64,000 nucleotides of DNA from the NCBI RefSeq assembly GCF_000143415.4, contig NW_003314269.1, positions 2,783,060 to 2,847,059 of the forward strand, in the 5' to 3' direction. The stretch's first letter is position 1. Each line of letters starts with the position of its first letter. Shown here one piece after another: positions 53,042 through 64,000 of the stretch. This stretch comes from Selaginella moellendorffii. Lineage: Eukaryota; Plantae; Lycopodiophyta. A program made the position numbers and the translations under genes. The notes beneath the pieces are model-generated. The model searched no databases. It was not told where the DNA came from and worked only from the letters and a program-made list of their open reading frames with translations.

Positions 53042-56000
53042 TTAATCTTGATCTTCCCCTTCATCGTCAGAGAACTTTCGGACAACTTGGAACCCGCTGC
53101 TCCTACGCTTTCCATACCTGTTGAGTGTTTCTGGAATATCAATGTCTTCAATCTCTTTCTCAGATAAAACATCTCTCCACGTTATTCTTCGGGGTGGTGG
53201 TTCGGATTCCATAGAGCTCTCCAACTTGACTGTCCTGTTGTGAGATAGCTGCCTTGCCTGCTCCACTTGCTGCATTATTGCTTGCGGGAGTGACACAGCT
53301 CGGACAGTCAAGCTCCGTGTAACTTGCTCCACAACTCTCCTAGACGCCTTCTTCAGGACACCGCTCCGCCAGCCATGCTCCATCTCTTGTATAATCTCGT
53401 GATCCCGTGGGAAGAAATGCCTCCGAAAGACGGACATGATCATATCCGGTAGCAATGCTGTTCCACAGCCAAGAAGAAGAACGAACCAAAACTTTACGCT
53501 GCCAACCAGCTCTGAACCAATGCCACTCAACTCTGGAAAGGCTTGCCATCTCCGCCAGAAGAAGGAGAGCACGAACGCAAACAGGAGCCATAAACCGATT
53601 GAAACACCCCAGAGAACTGCGTGTGAGACCCATGGGAAGAAGTTCATGCGCGTCGCTAGCTTTATGTTAACAATAAACACCGCCATTGAGTAAGAGGTTG
53701 TCCCAATGTTTGCAAGCCCCCCTCGCCTGCCTTTCCTGCTAGAAAACCGACATTGTGAGCTAAAGAAATAAAAATAAATAAATAAATAAATAATCGGTGC
53801 ACTGACCCGAGAGGAATCCCTGAGCTCGGGTAGAAGAAAACTATCAACGAGTGCCAAAGCGCCGCAATAAACCAGAGGCAGAAACTTCTGAAAAACTTCC
53901 ACGTTCGATCCTTTTGAGTTTCGTGATAAAGTTGAGGATTGTTCAGTATCGTTGTCTCGCAAATATCCTTGTTGAGGATTGCGTATGCGATTGTCGGCAG
54001 AGACGTCCAAAACAAGTTGTACGTCGATATGAGGAATATGTTGTAAAGAGGTTGGCCCGAATAGCCGGAGTAGAATGCTATATAGCAGTTGCCAGCAACG
54101 TATACAATATTCTTGTAGAAAGCATACATGATTGAGTCGCGGTTACGTTTGTAAGACCTGTGAAAACGTGTTTTTCTAACGAAAATGACAGCATGAGCTT
54201 ACCAGCGACCATGAACGAGCAGCAGCCTTGCAAGGTAGCGAAACTGGGCAATAGCGTAGTTACTTGCATAAACAGCGGTCATAACTTGCCGGCCACAAAT
54301 GCCTACGCCTATATCAGCCTCTTGAAGCATGGCCATGTCGTTCGCGCCATCTCCAATAGCCAATGTTACAGCCCCGTGCTCCCGTAAGATTTTTACAACC
54401 TTCAGGAGAAAAACGAAAAAGAGAAAGAAAAATGATTTAGAACCACAGAAAGCTTGGAAAACTAAAATACCTTTGCTTTCTGGATTGGGCTAACACGACA
54501 GCAAATGACTGTCCGGCATAATTGGCACAACTCCAGAAAGACCAGCTTGTTATCTTCTTCCAGAGCTACAGCCAACGAATCGCCTTCAATCACTACTGCC
54601 ATGTATGTACTATCTGAAGCAGAGAGAGAACAATGAGGCTATGTAGCAAGGCTCTCCAACGTACTCACCCACTGCCTGCGTGTTTTTTTGAGCTTCTTCC
54701 AACATATTAGTCAGCATTTGCGGAATGGATTTGCAGCATTTCTCAGATAAGAGAAACATGTGTATGGATTCCACCAGCAAGTTGGACGTGAGACCGATGG
54801 AAACTGCCGTTTCGAGCTTGTCGCCAGTAAGCACCTGCATGAATCGTTCTTCGCCATCTGCTACTTCTTACAAGAAATCACTTACCCATATCTTAATCCC
54901 AGAATGAGCAAGAAGTGTCACAGTTTCAGAGACTCCGTCCTGAAGTTTATCTTCCACAGCGGTAACACCCAAAAGGACCTGTCTGCCATAATAATAATAA
55001 AACTATCACGACAAATCCATGTCCAAAGAATGTACCAATTCGCGCTCAATAGAGTCTGCAAGTAACGCAAGTTTTTCTTCTCGTTCGTCCAGGGCTACAC
55101 TGGCTGCGAGAAAACGTGCTGCCCAGTGGTCGTACTCTGAATGGTCCAGCTGTGGTGGAAACACTATCACATCAGTAGTCCAAATGTGCACAGATGTACC
55201 TCGCGCTGTGCAATACAAAGGGTTCGATAACCAGAACACGCGAATTTCTCCAAATGCTCTACCGTGGTTTCAATCGAAGCATCCTGGTTCTTCGACAGTC
55301 TTTTCATTATGACTGTGTCGGCACCTTTGCAAAACAGTTTAATCCTGAGACAACAAGACCATGTCAGTTGACGAAACAGAAAAATAATATTAATTCTTTT
55401 ACCTCCCACTGGAGTCTTTGCAGATTATGCTCATTCGTTTCCTGTCACTCGTAAACTCTAAGACTGCCAAAACGGTTTGCTTTTCAAAACCGGTATCCTG
55501 CACACACGGAAGATCTTATACACGAAGATATGCAAATGAGCTTACAGAATTTACCTCACAACTAACAACAATTTCATTTGGCGTTCGATCCAAAAGGCGA
55601 TATCCGCATACAGCTGCTCCCTGCATCTTACAACTATTAGAAGCCCTGAAATATATTCTTTTGCGGAACCACACATTCACAAGAGCTTCTTCGTCTGGTG
55701 ATGCAGCCTGGTATATGATACCGCCGGAGCCAGAATCACCTTCAGGGACAGCTTGATGGCAAATAGCAAGATGTAGAAAAAACAGTCTGCATTGCAGGCC
55801 ATGATGGTTCTCCTGGTGAAGAGCTTCTTGAAGATTATAATCTCGAGCAACAGTATGTATTGCTTGACGTGGATCTGTAACAGGCTCGTCCTCATCAATT
55901 GAATCTCCATATATAACGCCACCAATAGAACACCGCACGAAAGCCATGACGTTCTGAGTTAATGTGCCGGTTTTATCAGACAGAACGTAATCTACCTGCA

Positions 56001-57640
56001 CCAGTCAGTGAAATGCAATGCAATCTGAAATATGGTAGCAATTCTGTACCTGACCAAGCTCTTCAACAAGGTTCATAGTTCGTGTTTGGGCTGGATTGTC
56101 CGATTGCTCATGATACATGTGTATGTCCTTCTGGATAAAGTAGCATTGAACGACTTTAACCAGCTCGAGTGTAATATACAAAGAAATTGGAATGAGCTGA
56201 TTTAGCAGCGCAATGAATCTGCAAAACGAACCTACAAGATGTTCACAGCAAAGATTAAGTCACGGAGTGAAAGAAAAGCACTCACCGAAATATTTGTTCA
56301 ATAACTCTACCGAGGTTGGATTGACTACGTTCTTTAAGATAGTATGGATTCGACTGCTTTTTGAGCCACATAGCCTCACCGACAGCTAGACCAATGCAAA
56401 TCGCCACTTGAATAACAAACATAATCATCACTAGGAAGTTTAAGTTATATTCCAGTTGAGAAATCTGCAATATCAGCTGCTGAGAAATAAAAGGAAGAAA
56501 TAAAGAGGACTGAACCTTCGTTCGAGATGGAATCGTGTTCAGCATGCACTTTGTATCTTCACCGGTATACACTACTGCACCAATAATCCAATGCGTGTTG
56601 CGCAGTGTCGCACCTCGCAGCAACAATTGACTGTCGTCGAGAGTCATTAGTCCCTGACCCTGATATATGAAAAAGGATGCCAGTGTCTGAAAACTAGTAA
56701 ACAATAGGCTCACACCTGGAGGGAGATAGCGCCATCAAACTCATACAGCCGATTATTGGGGAGCTCACACTTGATCTTCAAAGCCGTTAACGCGAGAAGC
56801 GACATATCGTCGTCTTCGGGATTCGACGATCTAGACCTGTAGAACGCGTTCTTCAACTTGAGAAACGTTTCCCCATCGAGGCTTGCCGTTTCTTCATGAG
56901 CAATACCTTCGGTTTAAAGACGAGAGGGAAAAAACATAAATACTTAGTTTCGTGCTTGAGTAGATAAAAAAAACAAGATACCTTGAAGATCCGACGAGAA
57001 CAGAAGAACGATGTCAGCCGGGAACTCGCAATTGTTTCTTACGCGAATGACATCTCCCACAATGATATCGCTCCATTCGGCCGGTACAAACACGTCCCCT
57101 ACAAGAACTTCCGACGTCCTCGAATTGATCTGAGTCAGTCAATCAAAGGAACTAAGAAATAAGAAAAGAAAGAGAGGCATTGCTTTCTACCTGATTATCA
57201 GAATGGTGCTGCTTCACGTCTTCAATCCCTTCGTTGGTAGCATGAAGGCAGAGTAAAAACAGAAATGGAACAATAGTAGTGATCCAGCTGCTCGCGGAGA
57301 GGCCAGGAATCAGCTCGAGCACCGCAATGAGAAGAAAATACAAATTCGATGCCCTGCTAAGCTGCCGGTATAAAACGCGTGGGAGAAACGAAGTGAGCGT
57401 GTACTTCGACGTCACAATCCGGTTTGAGCAAAACCTGCCAAAGAAGCGATGCCCCTAAACCACGAAAAGAAGCCACGGAGGGAAAACTTACTCTTTGGAA
57501 TCCAGAGCATTGGCACGCGAGCTCTCAGTGGTGTGGACATGAATCACTCGCAGTCTCTTCTTCTTTCTCTGGCAGCGGTTTCGTCCTCAGCACGGCGCAG
57601 AATCAAGGAGGAAGAGCGCAGTACTTACCCGCTGCATCAT
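53042..57640 (-). CDS. P4-type ATPase (ALA phospholipid flippase), many exons; exact start uncertain
   Basis: [68 protein letters not shown]. Confidence 0.93.
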
Positions 57641-57979
57641 CTCATCATCTTGCAATGTGGGCGCCAGACGATTCAGGCGATGCGCAGGAGATCACGGCAG
57701 CGCTCCAAGATCGCAGCCCCCAATTGCATACGGAAGCACAGGAACCCTAAAAGAGAGGAATTGCGGGAATTCCAATTTTGAAAAGCATCAAATAACTCTC
57801 ATCCTAGCACTGGAAGAGATCGTGGAGTTAGCCCTACGGATGAGATTGCGACTATAGAAGAATACAAGAATAAAAAACTTACAGTACCAGCATTGTAATG
57901 CGATTCTCGCACAAACACAACATCTCTTTTGCCCTAGGCTAAGTGGAAGGTTTCAAATAAAATTAGATATTTTGAATTT

Positions 57980-60144
<2,165 letters not shown>

Positions 60145-60310
60145 TTCAGCGGTCTAGCTCAAATCTACACGAAATATTGATTGATTACTACCCGGAGGAG
60201 CAGACAAGCACAAAGGCGTCGTGCATTCCGCCCATCTGCAATACCAAGAATTAAGTGGCAAGCCCTAATACATGCACGTAGCGCGAAGCTTTAAAAAAAA
60301 AGCCTTTCTA

Positions 60311-60796
60311 TTACCATGTCCAAGGACCACACCATTTAAGATATCCATCCTTATTCATTACATGGGAATCCACATCAAATTGTGACCAGTTTTGGGTTCC
60401 ATTGAAATCTTTGCAATAGCCTCCAATTCCTATCCTTCTGTGGTTGGGATCTGAAGATTCAGTGTCAAATTTTACGATTTGTAGGCCATCACATGTTTGT
60501 GCAAAGCCTGAGCCACCGGGTTTGAGCTCTCCATTCACATTTTCTACGTAATAGTTGAGAATGATATACCAATTCACTGAGTAGGCTCGATTTTCTCTGA
60601 AGCAAGTAGCCCAAAAGTAACCAAGCCTTGTAATTTGATAGCTCCCACACGTCCTGGAGAAGAAGCCACAATCCTGAGCCAAATAAGATTTTGGGAATAG
60701 TTTTGTTATAGAAAAAAAATTAAACTCATTCAAAAAGACCTGTGCTTTCACCAAAGCAATCAAAAGCATAACAATGAGAGAAAGATGAAAGTCCAT
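60311..60796 (-). CDS. Secreted cyanovirin-N homolog (CVNH) lectin; probable 66-nt in-frame intron 60739-60674
   Basis: Signal peptide; FSRTC...ATC...LNYYVENVNGEL...GFAQTC...C...DVDSHVMNKDGYL two-repeat CVNH pattern. Confidence 0.85.
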   Translation of the reverse strand: MDFHLSLIVMLLIALVKAQVFLNEFNFFSITKLFPKSYLAQDCGFFSRTCGSYQITRLGYFWATCFRENRAYSVNWYIILNYYVENVNGELKPGGSGFAQTCDGLQIVKFDTESSDPNHRRIGIGGYCKDFNGTQNWSQFDVDSHVMNKDGYLKWCGPWTW

Positions 60797-60954
60797 TCTA
60801 CTAAATTAAATGTGTCTGACACATTTTAACAGCTTTAAGAAATTCATGTGGAAATTTGGAATTTTATATAATAGGCCAAGTATTCATTTCTAAATAAGAA
60901 GAAGAACAAGAATAAAAGAACCTCTATTATTTATTTTAAAATAATGAAAGAATA

Positions 60955-62485
60955 AAATTGCTGTGCATTGTGTTGTAGCAACGCTTGGCTTGCTTTTGTT
61001 TTTAAATATTTTTTATTACGATATATAATTTGTTATGATCTGTCCAATATGCAATTCCTGCTTTTGTATATATTATATCTTTTATCCATATATGATCTAT
61101 TATTTATTATTACGTGTATTGTGTTTTATTATTTATATGTATCCTTCTTTCTCCATTATTATTTGAAGTGGTTTTGCTTCTTCTTTTTGGTAGTCAATAT
61201 TAAAATCTTCTGTAATTATTACTGGTTTTTTATATATATTTTCTGTATATATTTTTGTAGTTGTTTTATGAATATTTGTATATTTGTTCCAGGTTTTCTA
61301 TGTAAATTTATTATCTGTAATTTTTAATTTTTTTTTCTAGTGATATATATGACATTGCCATTGTTTCTGTTTTAAAATGTTCCACTATTTCTGATTTGTA
61401 GTCATTTGTATGCAATATTGCTATATGTGGGGGTTGTTCATGTATATATGATTTATATTTAATAAAATATAAATCCTCATGTTTTTGGGTTCTTACTTCT
61501 TGCATACATATTATATCGGATGTTAATAAATGTGAATCACTCTTTATATCTTCTTGATGTGCAGTAATAGATCTTGTATTTAGAATTTGTATAACTATTT
61601 GGTTAGCTATTTTTTCTTTTTGTAAATCTATTAAATCAATTTGCCATGGTGCTTCTGCTGTCATTCTTATTATTTCCTTAACTGCATCTTTATTGATTTT
61701 AATATGTTTATGTTCATTTGATCTATATAAATGTCTACCTTTTAGTGTTTATGCTCTTGATAATGCTGTATATGCTTGTTCTGGATATTTTATTTTATAT
61801 GGGTCATATCTTAATTGCATGACTGTTGATCCTTGTGTTCTATGTATTGTTCTTCTTGCACATGGTTGTACTGGAAATTGGGTTCTACTTATAACATAAT
61901 TTTTATTTTTAGTAATATTTATTATTCTTGTTAGTTTTTTTATTGGTGTCCAGTTTTTTCATTATTTTGCTTTATTATTATGTTTTCTTTAGCTCTTGAT
62001 TTTTCACCTGTTTTTATATTTGGGAATTCTATCCACATTATTTGTTCTTGTTCAATCTGGGTTACATCTTGTAATACTCCATCTGCTCCATTTATTAATC
62101 CATCTTCTGTTGCTATATTTTGTGTTATTTCAATTGCCATTTTCTTTTAAAATGTAATATTTTATGTACTCCTTGTGTTTTTCTTGTGTCATCTGGCAGT
62201 GTGAAATATATAGGACAGGAATTTCCATATTTGTCTTGTGCTTCTATAATTATATCTTTACCTTGTATGTGTTGTATTATTTTTCATTATGTTCTTTTAC
62301 TTGTTCATTAGTTGCAAATATAGAATAATATTTTGTGTTATATGTATCTGTGGTGACTTGTTATTATAGCTTCTTATCTGTTTGTTCTCCTATTTTTATT
62401 TTATTTAAATCTTTTATAAAGATTATATAATCTTTTTGCCTCATTATTTCAGTAAGTTCATAGATTTTAAAATTATTTTTCCATG
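60955..62485 (-). mobile_element. Decayed Helitron-superfamily (Helentron-type) element: PIF1 helicase C-terminal half fused to an APE/EEP endonuclease
   Basis: FKIYELTEIMRQKD, FATNEQVKEHN, NIATEDGLINGA, RTQFPVQPCARRTIHRTQGST, QAYTALSR; then LNTRS, DIICMQE, ITEDFNID, YWTDH; many frameshifts; AT-rich. Confidence 0.82.
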
Positions 62486-64000
62486 GGTGGTGTCTTTAGA
62501 AGTGAGGCCACGGTGCATTTCTATAAACTTCATTGAGCCTCTGAATTTTGTTTGAATCAACTAGTAGCAAAAATAAAGTACTTCCAAGTGTTGCTAAATC
62601 ACCTGATACACTCATGCTTTTCATAATATTAAAAAATAAAAACTTTGGCATGTATCCAGCATATAAATCTGGTACAATATGATGATACTGCTCTTCACGC
62701 TCTAGATGCATATAGAGCTGTGAAAAATATCTTAGAAATAGAAAATTAAATAGGAAAAAACATTACCATAGTTACGTCCAAAGGATTATAAGAAAAAACA
62801 ATCTTTATTTTAGGAAAAACACCAATGTTGATTATAACAGCATGTATAGCTTGTGGATAAACTCTAGTAGCCATTAAAGATGAAGTTGGCTTTAGTTGGC
62901 AGTAATCTTAGTTTAACATCAAAATCATTTATAATTTGAATGATAGAAGAATCTGTAATATAATAAACTTTTTCTGAACTTCCATGGTGGTAAATTAGGT
63001 TTTTCTGTCATTCAATCCATTTGAAGTGAGAGAATTACAATCTTGTTAATTTTTTTTTAAATTACAAATCTTGTAAGTGAGAAACATTTGCCAACCATAA
63101 ATTTATTATATAATCACACACACATAGATGAATCGCTATATACAGTTAAAGTTTGCAAGCCATGCATATCTATACAATCCATTATATAAATTAAGTATTT
63201 TGCACTTCATAGAGTGTTCTGTGCAAGATGAACTATATAAGTTCCATACCTAGGCGAAAAGTAAATCAAAACTACAGAAAAAAAAGGATTTCAAAACCAT
63301 ACATAGATAAAATCTTCAACTCAAGAATCTTGGTTGAATTTACTTTTTCAAAGTTAAGTGATGCAATAGTGGCTTTTAGGATGGTCAACTTTGTCTTTGC
63401 TTGTGAAACTACAAAACCAAAAAGAAATAAATCAAGAAATACTAAAGAATAAAGAGAAAAACCAAACCTTCATAATAATTTGTTTCTGTTGACATATCCT
63501 CAAGGGGTGACGACTGAACAACATCCATAGCACAATCAAAATTTGACATATCTATATGATTGATTAAACAGAATTACCTTTAGTTAATTTTATTAGTAAA
63601 AAGAGCCAAAAATAAACTAGACTTCACTTAAACAAAAAAAACTTTGAGCTAAAAATAAAATCCATCAATTAGGGTTAGGGTAGATAATATACCAATTCCA
63701 CATGGGACAAACCTTTTCAACCTTTTCATGCACTAACTCTCCTTGTTGTAAACATCCTTGCTAGATACTTCTCATCATCGTCCAAGCTAAAGCTAGAAGC
63801 AACTTGACTCCACTCCTCGGCTGCTACAATCTCCCTCCATCTGTTGCTTTAAAAAAGAGGAAGGAATAGGAATAGAAAGATTGTCATTTGCGTGGACTCA
63901 TGCATCTAAGTCAAAGCCCAATGTTTATGTCATGGTTTCCTCCAAAACTCAAGGTTTGGTCACTGTCCATAAATCGAGCCTCAATTTGCTCTTCCCAATG

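Noticed and set aside
60968-61327. Hydrophobic 119-aa ORF on +
   Set aside because: Antisense of the A-rich Helentron endonuclease region
62490-64000. Possible Helitron Rep domain upstream of the helicase fragment
   Set aside because: No HUH or Y2 motifs recognised; sequence looks unrelated and decayed

Overview
Gene-dense, short-intron (mostly ~50-70 nt) plant genomic DNA. The compact gene spacing, tiny introns, CVNH lectin and land-plant housekeeping genes point to a lycophyte such as Selaginella (inference, not database-checked). Recognisable genes: HIPP, LIMR/LMBR1-like, kinesin-8, DWF1, three GH1 beta-glucosidases, IGPD/HISN5, an LTP-like 8-Cys protein, a plastid kinase-like gene, CFIm68-like, VTC2/GGP with its ACG-initiated uORF, a P4-ATPase and a CVNH lectin. 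An accessory island at ~7.8-24.4 kb has no conserved plant genes. It carries two intronless fungal-type APH-like kinase genes with altered catalytic loops inside a duplicated and locally inverted block, plus an intact intronless 703-aa Crinkler/CR-type NTPase + PD-(D/E)xK nuclease gene. A secreted protein with an unrecognised N-domain and a bulb lectin (36.4-37.3 kb) has a paralog broken by an internal inversion (28.5-29.4 kb). A decayed helicase + AP-endonuclease (Helentron-type) element sits beside the CVNH gene. There is a 100-N assembly gap at 59585-59684. Several single-base frameshifts could be draft-assembly errors. Family assignments come from motif recognition only; no searches were run.
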